Below, one piece after another: positions 1 through 8,139 of a stretch of DNA of 20,202 bases. A program made the position numbers and the translations under genes. The stretch is from Candidatus Kaiserbacteria bacterium. Lineage in GTDB: Bacteria > Patescibacteriota > Minisyncoccia > Phycocordibacterales > UBA2100. Position 1 is the stretch's first letter, and each line of letters opens with the position of its first letter. The DNA lies in contig JALWJR010000028.1 of assembly GCA_026996985.1 (NCBI GenBank), forward strand, positions 1 to 20,202. Direction: 5' to 3'. A model generated the notes under the pieces. The model was not told where the DNA came from. It worked only from the letters and a program-made list of their open reading frames with translations, and did not search any database.

Positions 1-11
1 AGATCAAGCTT

Positions 12-446
12 ATGTCAGAGTCAAAGCACGTGTTTGTTTTTGTCTCCGACAAAATAAAATCTTCTTTGGAAAAGTGGTTTAAAAAATATGCAGATAAGGT
101 TACAAACAGCGTAAAAAACGATTTTAAAACCGGGTCGGAAACATTTAAATTTGTTGATAAAGTGCTGGAAAAAAAGTTTTCGTATCCCGATTTTTTCCGG
201 CTTAATTTGCAAGAAGAAAAACTTATGGGAGCGCTTTTTTGGGGTTTTAAAAATCTTTACCTTGCAAAGACGGGGGAGCTTAAAAGCCCTTCTTTTATGG
301 TGAGAAAATTTACAAACCTTTCTGCAAAATGGACCGAAGAAGAAATTGAAGAGAAGCTTTTTGAAGTTTCCACAATGCAGATAAAAGCTTTCAAAAATAA
401 CAAAGAAAATTATTTGGAAAAATTCATTTTGCAAACAGGTTGTTGA
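12..446 (+). CDS. hypothetical protein, no recognisable domain; could extend upstream of the window
   Basis: 144-aa ORF with composition like its neighbours. The antisense ORF 21..434 is treated as a shadow. Confidence 0.4.
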   Translation: MSESKHVFVFVSDKIKSSLEKWFKKYADKVTNSVKNDFKTGSETFKFVDKVLEKKFSYPDFFRLNLQEEKLMGALFWGFKNLYLAKTGELKSPSFMVRKFTNLSAKWTEEEIEEKLFEVSTMQIKAFKNNKENYLEKFILQTGC

Positions 447-488
447 TAAGTTGCTTGTATGTATTTTTTAAAATTATAAAATGAGCAT

Positions 489-1805
489 ATGAAGTTAAAA
501 GAGACGAAACTTTTGGCTTTCTCCGTTGCGGTTTTGTTTGTTCTGACAATTTTTTCAAATTTTAATTTAATGAAAGAAAAAACACTTTCTTTCTTAAACA
601 AAAGTCAAATCGCCGCGACACAAAACTTTTCAAGCGGTGGCGGAGTGACTGTTTCATTACCTTCGGATGTTGCTAGAAAAATGGGGGTTCCAAGCGGAAC
701 AAAACTTCAATTGAGCGGATGTGTTGAAACAAGCGGAGTAACCAAAGGGGCATCGGTAAATAATAATATTTGTCAACCGAAAGGCAAAAGGTGCCCTAAA
801 GATGGGGTTGGTGATTTTTGCCCTTGCGCTTGGACAACACCGGGAGGTGGTGGAGTTGGAATGTGCTATCAAGGTTGTTGCAGGTACACCGGAAGCCCCA
901 GCGCAAAAGACGCTTTTCAAGGAAAAGATGTTTTTGGTTCTTCATTTAAAGGAGGTTTGGGTGAAGGTTTGGGAGGAGGTCTTGGACAGGGCTTGGGTTC
1001 ATTGCTTGGAGATTTTCTCAGTAAATTGATGGGCGGTCAAGGAGGCGGTTCAGATTATCCTTATCCTGATTATCCATATCCGGATTACCCTTACCCCGAT
1101 TATTCGAGTGATGACCCTGATGATCCCGATGTTGATCTTCCAGACCTTCCAACCAGCACTTCATCAACCAGCACCCCCGATTTTGATTCGGACGGGGACG
1201 GTGTAGCAGATGATGTTGACAACTGTATCTATGTTTTCAATCCGTCACAAGAAGATTCGGACTCAGACGGAATAGGAGATGCTTGTGATATACCCACAGA
1301 AGACAATCCGGATACTGACTCAACAACAACAGCAACAACTACTCCGGATAATGATCAAGCCGACATAACCTCAGGTTCGGCGGTTGCCGATACCGGGGAG
1401 GTTGTAAACGATTCAAGCAAAACCCGTTATATTCTTTTGTTGGACAAAATTCGCTCGCCATTTCAGCCACCTGAGATAAATGCAACAAAACCTTCAAATA
1501 AAGCTGTCTCTGATGTGTTGGGACTTGATTTTATAAGCTCGGGAGAGGGAGATAACCAGTGGCAAGATCTGGAGCTTCTCGGCAAGGCGCAAGCTCTGCT
1601 TGAAAAACAAAGAAGAGGCGAGAAGCTTACAGATGCGGAATTGCAAGCGCTCAGAGACTACCACAAAAGCGCGGTGGCAATCTCGGGTGACCTTAACCCG
1701 TTTGGGCTTGATACCGCCAGATATGCTCAAGCCGAGGCAGAAAAGCCAAACTGGTTTGTAAGGCTTGTTCTTTTGATTATGCAGATGCTAGGTTTAAATA
1801 AATAA
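489..1805 (+). CDS. secreted or membrane-anchored Cys/Gly-rich protein with thrombospondin type-3-like Ca-binding repeats
   Basis: N-terminal hydrophobic segment (LLAFSVAVLFVLTIF). Cys-rich block, GGLGEGLGGGLGQGLG tract and DYPYPDYPYPDYPYPDY repeat. DSDGDGVADDVDNC and DSDSDGIGDACD match the TSP3 DxDxDGxxDxxD pattern. C-terminal hydrophobic tail. Confidence 0.65.
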   Translation: MKLKETKLLAFSVAVLFVLTIFSNFNLMKEKTLSFLNKSQIAATQNFSSGGGVTVSLPSDVARKMGVPSGTKLQLSGCVETSGVTKGASVNNNICQPKGKRCPKDGVGDFCPCAWTTPGGGGVGMCYQGCCRYTGSPSAKDAFQGKDVFGSSFKGGLGEGLGGGLGQGLGSLLGDFLSKLMGGQGGGSDYPYPDYPYPDYPYPDYSSDDPDDPDVDLPDLPTSTSSTSTPDFDSDGDGVADDVDNCIYVFNPSQEDSDSDGIGDACDIPTEDNPDTDSTTTATTTPDNDQADITSGSAVADTGEVVNDSSKTRYILLLDKIRSPFQPPEINATKPSNKAVSDVLGLDFISSGEGDNQWQDLELLGKAQALLEKQRRGEKLTDAELQALRDYHKSAVAISGDLNPFGLDTARYAQAEAEKPNWFVRLVLLIMQMLGLNK

Positions 1806-1810
1806 AAACT

Positions 1811-3547
1811 ATGGAAAAACACAAAAACATAAGGCAACTCACACTTATATCGGTTTTGTTTGTTTTGTTATTTGTGTTTTATGGTATTCAGTCATCATTT
1901 AAAAATGCATCCATAAGTGATTTAGCTTATTATAATTTTGCAACACCACAACAAACACCCTTAATTTCTGATAAGTTGCACAATATAGTAGATGAAGCAA
2001 CTACAGTTAAAGATTTAAAGCCCGAGATTCAGTGCAAAGAAGGGAGTACAGATCCGCAATGTCTTGATAAATGCTCTACCAGTTACACAATTCAACAAAA
2101 CAACAAGCAATTCAAAAGGAAAAGCTGTTTCTGGAGTGGAGCCAAAGATCCTGTTAGATTAGCTGTGGAGCGAGTTGTTAAATTTTGCCAAGTCAACTCT
2201 GTAGAGCAGGTATGGAAAGATGCCGGCTGTAGAGACAATCCGGCAAAACTGACAAAAAGTGGGCAAGTTAAAAAAAGCGGAAAAACAAACGTAACAGGCT
2301 TGAGGTACAAACCCAAAAAAGGTTATGAATATGAATGCAGTTTAATGAAGCATAAGTTAGTTGAAGAGATTTCAAAATCTCTTTCTAAAGCTAAAACTCA
2401 AAAAATTAAGGGAAAAAATAATTATGACGAATGCACTTTCTATGGCGCGGTAACTTGTATGCAAACAGAAGCCAACCAAGACGGTTTTACATGTAAACCT
2501 AAGAAAAGCAGTTTAGGTGGTGGTGATACTAGAACTCCTCCAACCACCACACCACCTCCATCCACCACTCCGCCACCCGGAAGTCCGGATCCGTTCTCAC
2601 AAAATTTTGGGTACAGTCTTGGAAAAAACTTTGGTCAAAGTTTTATGGGAAGAATGTTTCAAAATCTTTTTGGACAAGGAGCCGGACAGGGCTCATCAGG
2701 TGGGTCATATGGTCACAAATGTGACAGCTACTACTATAGAATTTTTCACAAGGAAGAATGTACACCACCTAAAGATGTAATTTGTTCATTAACTTTAAGC
2801 AGCATAACAGTGGAAAGAGGAGAACCGGTGGTTGTTCGCTGGGATGTTGAGTACTCAACAGAGCAATCTTTAACTTTTGATCCAAGTCTCGGTGTTGATG
2901 AAGAGTATACCGAGCAGTCGGGTGAAGTGGTAATATATCCCGAAAACAGCGGGTACGTTGTACTTGAGGCAGTGGGGAAAGGAGAAGAAAACACTTGCTC
3001 AAAAAGGGTAAATATAACCGTTCTTAACCCAAGTGGTGAAGGGAAGTTTCCACCAATTGTCTCTTGTGCGCCCCAATTTATAAAATCCGGAAGTCCGACC
3101 GAGGTAAATATAAACTGGCAATGCAGGGGAGATAGCGCAAAATACACAACTTCTGAGAACTTTAGCACAAGTGGTGATATAGAAGGTAGTAGCACGAAAA
3201 CAGTGCAAGATACCACAGAGTTTAAAGTAAACTGCTACGATGAAAATGATAACTGGCTGGGTTCCAACAGTTGCACCGTTAAGGCCGAAAATCCTTTGTT
3301 TGAAATAATCGCATACCCGGAAGAAGTGGGGCGCGATGAGAAAACAAGGATTTCATGGGGTTCAATCGGTATGACAACTTGCAGGGTGGACGGGCCCAAT
3401 GGCTTTTCATACGAAGCGCAAAATGCCGTTGTTATAACCACGCCGTTTACAGATGAAAATGATGAAAGCGAAGCCATTTTTACAATTCAATGTGCTTCAA
3501 AGTATGGCGGAGTATACTCAAAGGATCTTGTAGTAAAGCGCAAATAA
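1811..3547 (+). CDS. secreted or membrane-anchored Cys-rich protein with a Pro/Thr linker and three C-terminal beta-sandwich-like repeats
   Basis: N-terminal TM (LTLISVLFVLLFVFYGI), TPPTTTPPPSTTPPPGSPDP linker and a G/Q/F-rich tract like the upstream ORF. Three roughly 80-aa modules each carry conserved W and C. Starts 5 nt after the previous stop. Confidence 0.65.
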   Translation: MEKHKNIRQLTLISVLFVLLFVFYGIQSSFKNASISDLAYYNFATPQQTPLISDKLHNIVDEATTVKDLKPEIQCKEGSTDPQCLDKCSTSYTIQQNNKQFKRKSCFWSGAKDPVRLAVERVVKFCQVNSVEQVWKDAGCRDNPAKLTKSGQVKKSGKTNVTGLRYKPKKGYEYECSLMKHKLVEEISKSLSKAKTQKIKGKNNYDECTFYGAVTCMQTEANQDGFTCKPKKSSLGGGDTRTPPTTTPPPSTTPPPGSPDPFSQNFGYSLGKNFGQSFMGRMFQNLFGQGAGQGSSGGSYGHKCDSYYYRIFHKEECTPPKDVICSLTLSSITVERGEPVVVRWDVEYSTEQSLTFDPSLGVDEEYTEQSGEVVIYPENSGYVVLEAVGKGEENTCSKRVNITVLNPSGEGKFPPIVSCAPQFIKSGSPTEVNINWQCRGDSAKYTTSENFSTSGDIEGSSTKTVQDTTEFKVNCYDENDNWLGSNSCTVKAENPLFEIIAYPEEVGRDEKTRISWGSIGMTTCRVDGPNGFSYEAQNAVVITTPFTDENDESEAIFTIQCASKYGGVYSKDLVVKRK

Positions 3548-3550
3548 AAA

Positions 3551-3573
3551 AGGTGACACATTGCGTGTCACCT
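3551..3573. terminator. hairpin between convergent genes (aggtgacac / gtgtcacct, loop attgc)
   Basis: 9-bp perfect stem. The A-run on the 5' side gives a T-run for the minus-strand gene; the T-run on the plus side is weak. Confidence 0.5.
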
Positions 3574-3580
3574 GAATCTT

Positions 3581-4003
3581 TCATTCTAAAGGCATGAGGA
3601 TAATCTCTTTTCCATTTATTGGCAAGGAAATTTCTTCTCCTTCTTGGTAGGCCTCTGCAATCGCGCTTGCTTTAGGCGCTTTTTCTGATATACATATAAT
3701 CTCCACGTTGTTGCATCTCGTTTCGTATCCGATTAGTGTTACCATTAGCAAAACGCTTCCGTTTTCCACCGAGAAGAAAGAGGGTGTCTGTGCAGGGTTT
3801 GAAAACAATTGCATTAATTGCAGCTTTTGTTGTAAGTCACTTGCAATGTAGTTTGCTATTCCTATATCTTCTCTGGAGCATAACCCGGTTTGTTCACATT
3901 GCATTTGTGCACACTGATAGTATTCCATCTTATCAAGTAAGTCCTCTATAACTGCAGATATAGCGGTTTTGATAATGCCTAAAGCCTCGGTTGAGTATGG
4001 CAT
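3581..4003 (-). CDS. hypothetical protein
   Basis: 140-aa ORF ending at the convergent hairpin; no recognisable motif. Confidence 0.45.
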   Translation of the reverse strand: MPYSTEALGIIKTAISAVIEDLLDKMEYYQCAQMQCEQTGLCSREDIGIANYIASDLQQKLQLMQLFSNPAQTPSFFSVENGSVLLMVTLIGYETRCNNVEIICISEKAPKASAIAEAYQEGEEISLPINGKEIILMPLE

Positions 4004-4136
4004 GTTTCCCTCCTTTTGCTAAGGTTCCCGAAAGCAAATTACCAGAAAGTTTAAAGAATTTCAATTTAAACTTGAAGTTATTTGCAAGCATGTTATATTA
4101 CGAGTGCGCAAAATGCGCTTCTTGTTCTTTATTTTA

Positions 4137-4160
4137 TATATCCGCCCATAGCTCAGCTGG
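4137..4160 (+). repeat. exact copy of 5 leader nt plus the first 19 nt of tRNA-Lys (tatatccgcccatagctcagctgg)
   Basis: Identical 24-mer recurs at 4230..4253, where it starts the real tRNA-Lys. Confidence 0.85.
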
Positions 4161-4229
4161 CCCAGCACCAAATTGGTGCCGGACATGTGCCGCAACAGGC
4201 TATAGGTGCGTGTAGATTTACGAATCGTT
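4161..4229 (+). repeat. 69-nt spacer with palindrome gcaccaaattggtgc and motif cggacatg; weak similarity to the Z modules
   Basis: Shares gcacca, cggacatg and ccgca with 11014..11083. Assignment to the Z family is tentative. Confidence 0.35.
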
Positions 4230-4234
4230 TATAT

Positions 4235-4307
4235 CCGCCCATAGCTCAGCTGGTAGAGCAGCGGGCTTTTAACCCGTGTGTCCCAGGTTCGAGTCCTGGT
4301 GGGCGGA
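4235..4307 (+). tRNA. tRNA-Lys (anticodon TTT)
   Basis: Hand-folded cloverleaf. Acceptor CCGCCCA/TGGGCGG, D arm GCTC..GAGC, anticodon stem GCGGG/CCCGT, loop CTTTTAA, T arm CCAGG TTCGAGT CCTGG. No encoded CCA. Confidence 0.9.
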
Positions 4308-4584
4308 CACGGAACAAAGTGGAGTGGCCGAACACAGCAGAGCAAACCAAGCCGTTATTGTAACTAACAGCTTGGCAAGTTGCTTTGCTTCTATTTTGGT
4401 GAGAAAGTTTACCCAGCCCATTTTTCACTGCCGGCTCTATTACCACGAAAGAGAAATTGCGCTCAATTACTAAACAGGTGCAACAGAGAGTATATTTAAA
4501 AGTGGTGGGGGCTGGTAGGCAACAAACAATACAATGGTTCGCACTCATTCAATTCAGTGAAGAGTGGGACAGAGTGAATTTATG

Positions 4585-4656
4585 TGCTCCCGGTAGGAAT
4601 CGAACCTACACTACGGGCTCCGCAAGCCCGCGTTCTATCCATTAAACTACGGGAGC
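4585..4656 (-). tRNA. tRNA-Arg (anticodon GCG)
   Basis: Minus-strand cloverleaf. Acceptor GCTCCCG/CGGGAGC, anticodon stem CGGGC/GCCCG, loop TTGCGGA, T arm GTAGG TTCGATT CCTAC. Confidence 0.8.
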
Positions 4657-4772
4657 ATGCACCTACTTTAGCAAATTTTTTCCGTAAAACAACAAAAACA
4701 GTTCTTGTTAAAATAAACTGACCCCTAAATAACACAAAATAAACAAAGCATCTATTTGATAACTGGTCTAAT

Positions 4773-5234
4773 TCAAAAACCCAGCATATCGGCCAAACGC
4801 TCATATACCGGAGCTTCAAAATCTTCTTCTTTCGCTTTGCTTTGCAAAGCCTCTCTCACTTGGTTTTTTAGTTGGTAAGGTACTGTTATTTGCAAGTAGG
4901 GGCGCGCAATATTTTTTGATAATATTTTTAAAGTGTTTGCATCGTTGTCTATCCAAAATTTCTCCAAACTGTCATAGTTTATGGTTACATTTCCAAGACG
5001 TATTCCGCTTTCGTCAATTACAACATCAACAACTCCGGGCTCGTGTTTGGATATCAAATAAAGTGTTGCAAAAGCTACAACAGAGAGTACCCCAAACAAA
5101 AAATTCCCCAAAAACACCGATGCTACGGCAATGGCAAAAACAACAATTCCACCCGCAATAAACCAATCTTTACTTTTATTTATCTTTTTATGTTCTTTAA
5201 CCGACCACTTTATTTGCATATGGTTATTGTACAT
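4773..5234 (-). CDS. hypothetical membrane protein with two N-terminal TM helices
   Basis: 153-aa ORF with WFIAGGIVVFAIAVASVFLGNFLFGVLSVVAFATLYLI followed by a soluble domain. Confidence 0.55.
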   Translation of the reverse strand: MYNNHMQIKWSVKEHKKINKSKDWFIAGGIVVFAIAVASVFLGNFLFGVLSVVAFATLYLISKHEPGVVDVVIDESGIRLGNVTINYDSLEKFWIDNDANTLKILSKNIARPYLQITVPYQLKNQVREALQSKAKEEDFEAPVYERLADMLGF

Positions 5235-5337
5235 TATGTACAGTTAAAATAAACCGCTCCGAAGTGTATGCTGAGACACTCTTTGGCGACGCCGTATTGT
5301 TGTTGGAATAAACTCCGTAGCGTTGTATACTTTGTTT

Positions 5338-5901
5338 ATGTTCGCTTTTTTATCCGGGAAAGTGTTTTATTGCGGAGATGAATATATAATTTTATTGGTG
5401 GGACAAATCGGATTTAAAGTTTTTGTAAATTCTTCTGTAATTGAGGGTTGTATCAAAGACGAGCATTTGGAATTGCACATACACACAAACGTTAGAGAAA
5501 ACTCCATTGATTTATATGGATTTAAAACAGAAGAAGAACTTAATCTTTTTGAAAAACTTGTATCTATATCGTCAATAGGTCCCAAAACGGCGCTCTCCAT
5601 TCTTACATATTCGGTGGAAGAGATACAAAATGCGATTCAAAAAGGAGATATTGATTTTCTTTCAACGGCGCGCGGATTGGGCAAAAAAGGAGCCAAGCGC
5701 ATTATAGTTGAACTGAAAGACAAAATTCCAACATTTGATTTTGTTGCCGAAAATTCTGAATATAAAGAGGCGCAAGAAGCGCTCTCTTCAATGGGTTACA
5801 AAAAAAGTGAAATAGCACCGGCTCTTAAAGAGGCGATAAAGGAGGGGGGCAAAACCGTTGGTGATTTAATCAAAATCGCGTTAAAATATCTATCAAAGTA
5901 G
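5338..5901 (+). CDS. ruvA: Holliday junction branch-migration complex subunit RuvA
   Basis: MFAFLSGKV N-terminus, HhH region SISSIGPKTALSIL and LGKKGAKRIIVELKDK, C-terminal domain III (EALSSMGYKKSEI). ATG 5338 is preferred over the TTG at 5323. Confidence 0.85.
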   Translation: MFAFLSGKVFYCGDEYIILLVGQIGFKVFVNSSVIEGCIKDEHLELHIHTNVRENSIDLYGFKTEEELNLFEKLVSISSIGPKTALSILTYSVEEIQNAIQKGDIDFLSTARGLGKKGAKRIIVELKDKIPTFDFVAENSEYKEAQEALSSMGYKKSEIAPALKEAIKEGGKTVGDLIKIALKYLSK

Positions 5902-5904
5902 CTT

Positions 5905-6828
5905 ATGTTTAAAAAAATATTGTGGCTTTTGGTATTTTTGGTAATTTTTTTGGCCATTTTGTCATTTATAAAAGAGTATGGACCTTCTTCATCTGAGAAG
6001 GTGGGCGAGAATTTATTTGAATTCCAAAATAAATTCATGCAGGATATGCAAAATATGGTTCAAGGTGTTGCTCTTGAAAATCCGATGCTTGATGGCAGTC
6101 AAGATGGGCCTGTAAAAGTTCAATATTTTGGAGACCCATCTCCGTATAAAGGCTTGATAACAATAAATACTTTGGAATCTAATCCGGGTGAAACTTCTCC
6201 TGACAGGGAGTTTATAGTATTTGAGGCCTCATCTGAGCTTTCCGGCCCTGTCTCTTTGTATGGCTGGTCACTGCAGAGTATGGTCTCGGGGGTGAGAGTG
6301 TTTATACCTGATGCTGTGGAAGACTTGACTCTCTATGATGTAAACAAGACATACATTCCGGTTTTACTACCCGGACAGAAGGTGATTGTAAACTCAGGTC
6401 AATCGCCAATCGGCGTTTCTTTTTTAACCAACAAGTGCACCGGATTTATCTCTTCTTTTCAAAGGTTTTATCCACCACTTGAGCTTAGATGCCCTTATCC
6501 GAACGAGATAGTGCCTCCAACACCCAAAAATATAAATACATTGGGACAAGAGTGCATGTCATTTATTGAGAACGATTTGCAACGTTGCCAGTATCTGACA
6601 GATGAGTTGGCGGAAGATTATGAACTCTCAGGAGTATGTAAGTCAGCCCTTAAGGGTGTATTTACCTATACGTTTTGCAGGTCTCGTTTTAAAGATTCAA
6701 AAGATTACTTCAAAAATTCAAACTGGAGACTTTTTGTAGGTTCTTCTCGTGAGCTTTGGAACAGTGAATATGATGTTATAAGGCTTCTTGATGCCGAGGG
6801 CAGGGTGGTTGATGTATGGAATTATTAG
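5905..6828 (+). CDS. membrane-anchored protein with a lamin-tail-like (LTD) segment and a Cys-containing C-terminal domain
   Basis: N-terminal TM (ILWLLVFLVIFLAILSFI). EFIVFEASSELSGPVSLYGWSL resembles the LTD signature. Confidence 0.55.
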   Translation: MFKKILWLLVFLVIFLAILSFIKEYGPSSSEKVGENLFEFQNKFMQDMQNMVQGVALENPMLDGSQDGPVKVQYFGDPSPYKGLITINTLESNPGETSPDREFIVFEASSELSGPVSLYGWSLQSMVSGVRVFIPDAVEDLTLYDVNKTYIPVLLPGQKVIVNSGQSPIGVSFLTNKCTGFISSFQRFYPPLELRCPYPNEIVPPTPKNINTLGQECMSFIENDLQRCQYLTDELAEDYELSGVCKSALKGVFTYTFCRSRFKDSKDYFKNSNWRLFVGSSRELWNSEYDVIRLLDAEGRVVDVWNY

Positions 6829-6910
6829 GTTGACCGCATTTGCTCTGATTAATTAACTACTGTAAACAAGTAACACCTCGGAGCGTTGCATCGAATTCGT
6901 TTTTTGTTTG

Positions 6911-6993
6911 CGGAGGAGGTGGGACTCGAACCCACATGGGCAAAGCCCGCCTGTTTTCAAGACAGGTCCGTTACCAATTCCGGGCACTCCTCC
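6911..6993 (-). tRNA. tRNA-Ser (anticodon TGA)
   Basis: Acceptor GGAGGAG/CTCCTCC, anticodon stem CCTGT/ACAGG, loop CTTGAAA, long variable arm GCGGGCTTTGCCCAT, T arm GTGGG TTCGAGT CCCAC. Confidence 0.85.
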
Positions 6994-7055
6994 GGATGCG
7001 TAAATATTAACAAAAAATATTGCAAAAGCAAAAAAAATGTGTAGTATATTCAAAT

Positions 7056-7319
7056 ATGGCAAATAAAAGATCGGCAAAAGAAGAGTTGCGAAAAGCGCAA
7101 AGGCGCTTTGTTTTTAACTTGCGTCGTAAACGTGCAATGAAAAGCGCCGTGAAAGAGTTTCGTAACATGATAGCTGAAAAGGCTTTTGATAAAGCGGAAG
7201 CGTTTATACCAACTCTATACAAAGCAATAGATAAAGCCGCCAAAAGAGGTGTAATAAAGAAAAACACCGCAGCTCGCAAGAAATCTCGCTTGATGAAAGC
7301 ATTGCTTTCGGCAAAGTAA
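7056..7319 (+). CDS. rpsT: 30S ribosomal protein S20
   Basis: MANKRSAKEELRKAQRR... is a basic helical S20-like sequence. The internal ATG at 7056 is preferred over 7020. Confidence 0.85.
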   Translation: MANKRSAKEELRKAQRRFVFNLRRKRAMKSAVKEFRNMIAEKAFDKAEAFIPTLYKAIDKAAKRGVIKKNTAARKKSRLMKALLSAK

Positions 7320-7321
7320 AT

Positions 7322-7732
7322 ATGCTTTTGGCTGTTGATTTTGGATCTAAAAAGGTAGGCATAGCAATTTCCGATGAGAACGAGAAATTTGCTGTGCCTT
7401 TTTCCATTTTAAAAAACGATAATAACCTTTTGGAGGAAGTTTTAAAAATAGTAAAAGATTATTCAATTACTTTGGTTGTTGTGGGAGAGTCCGTCAATTT
7501 GTCCGGTATCCCCAATAAAATACAAAAAGATATTGAGGCTTTTGCAGAGCGTCTGAAAGCCTCGGGAGTAGCGGTTGAGTTTTTTGATGAGAGATTTACA
7601 ACCGCTCAAGCCAAAGAAATACAAAATATCAACAAAAAACCCAATAGCCGATCTAAACAAACAACAAAACCTATAGATGACAAAGCGGCGACAATTATTT
7701 TGCAAGATTTTCTGGACTCACGCCAAAAATAA
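7322..7732 (+). CDS. ruvX: putative pre-16S rRNA nuclease / Holliday junction resolvase-like protein (YqgF/RuvX)
   Basis: MLLAVDFGSKKVGIAISD N-terminus and later ...DERFTT... motif, both typical of YqgF. Confidence 0.85.
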   Translation: MLLAVDFGSKKVGIAISDENEKFAVPFSILKNDNNLLEEVLKIVKDYSITLVVVGESVNLSGIPNKIQKDIEAFAERLKASGVAVEFFDERFTTAQAKEIQNINKKPNSRSKQTTKPIDDKAATIILQDFLDSRQK

Positions 7733-7746
7733 ATTAAAATATAGCC

Positions 7747-8073
7747 ATGGATGAAATATCATACAACGATTTTGCAAAACTGGATATTCGCATCGGTCAG
7801 GTACTGAAAGCCGAACGTCTTGAAGGATCTGACAAGCTTATAAAATGTTCGGTTGATTTTGGCACGGAACAAAGGACCATAGTCTCAGGACTTTACCCTT
7901 ACATAAAACCTGAAGAGCTGGAGGGTAAAAAATTTCCTTACGTTGTAAATTTGAAACCCAGAGAAATATTTGGTGTTTTAAGCGAGGGGATGATTTTGGC
8001 AATATCCGGTGATGAAGCTCCGGTGCTTTTGGAGCCTTCAGGTGACGTAAATCCGGGAAGCAAAATTTCATAA
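7747..8073 (+). CDS. tRNA-binding domain protein (CsaA / MetRS C-terminal-like OB fold)
   Basis: FAKLDIRIGQVLKAERLEGSDKLIKCSVDFG...RTIVSGL and SEGMILA motifs. Confidence 0.8.
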   Translation: MDEISYNDFAKLDIRIGQVLKAERLEGSDKLIKCSVDFGTEQRTIVSGLYPYIKPEELEGKKFPYVVNLKPREIFGVLSEGMILAISGDEAPVLLEPSGDVNPGSKIS

Positions 8074-8139
8074 AAATTTTAACCACCGTTTTTGTATAAT
8101 TACCAAAAACACTCCACTGATTCATGGTATAATTTTTGC

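Noticed and set aside
21-434. Long antisense ORFs inside accepted genes (21..434, 2746..3216, 12150..12503, 12635..12946, 14151..14540, 15729..16001 and others)
   Set aside because: They are shadow frames opposite better-supported genes with recognisable homology or architecture. Their products are low-complexity or compositionally odd.
4497-4510. 14-mer aaaagtggtggggg shared with the RNase P hairpin (18531..18544 and 18650..18663)
   Set aside because: A single 14-nt match within 20 kb, counting both strands, is within chance expectation. The flanks do not align.
4082-4548. ORFs 4082..4363 (+) and 4246..4548 (-) around tRNA-Lys
   Set aside because: They overlap the tRNA and its repeat or trailer, and have no coding signal beyond their length.
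8092-8139. Extended N-termini from the ORF track for pilM (8092), rpsT (7020), ruvA (5323, TTG) and pilN (9204, TTG)
   Set aside because: The extensions add non-conserved residues ahead of canonical family N-termini. They would also place the predicted -10 boxes inside the coding region. Downstream ATGs are preferred, with some uncertainty.
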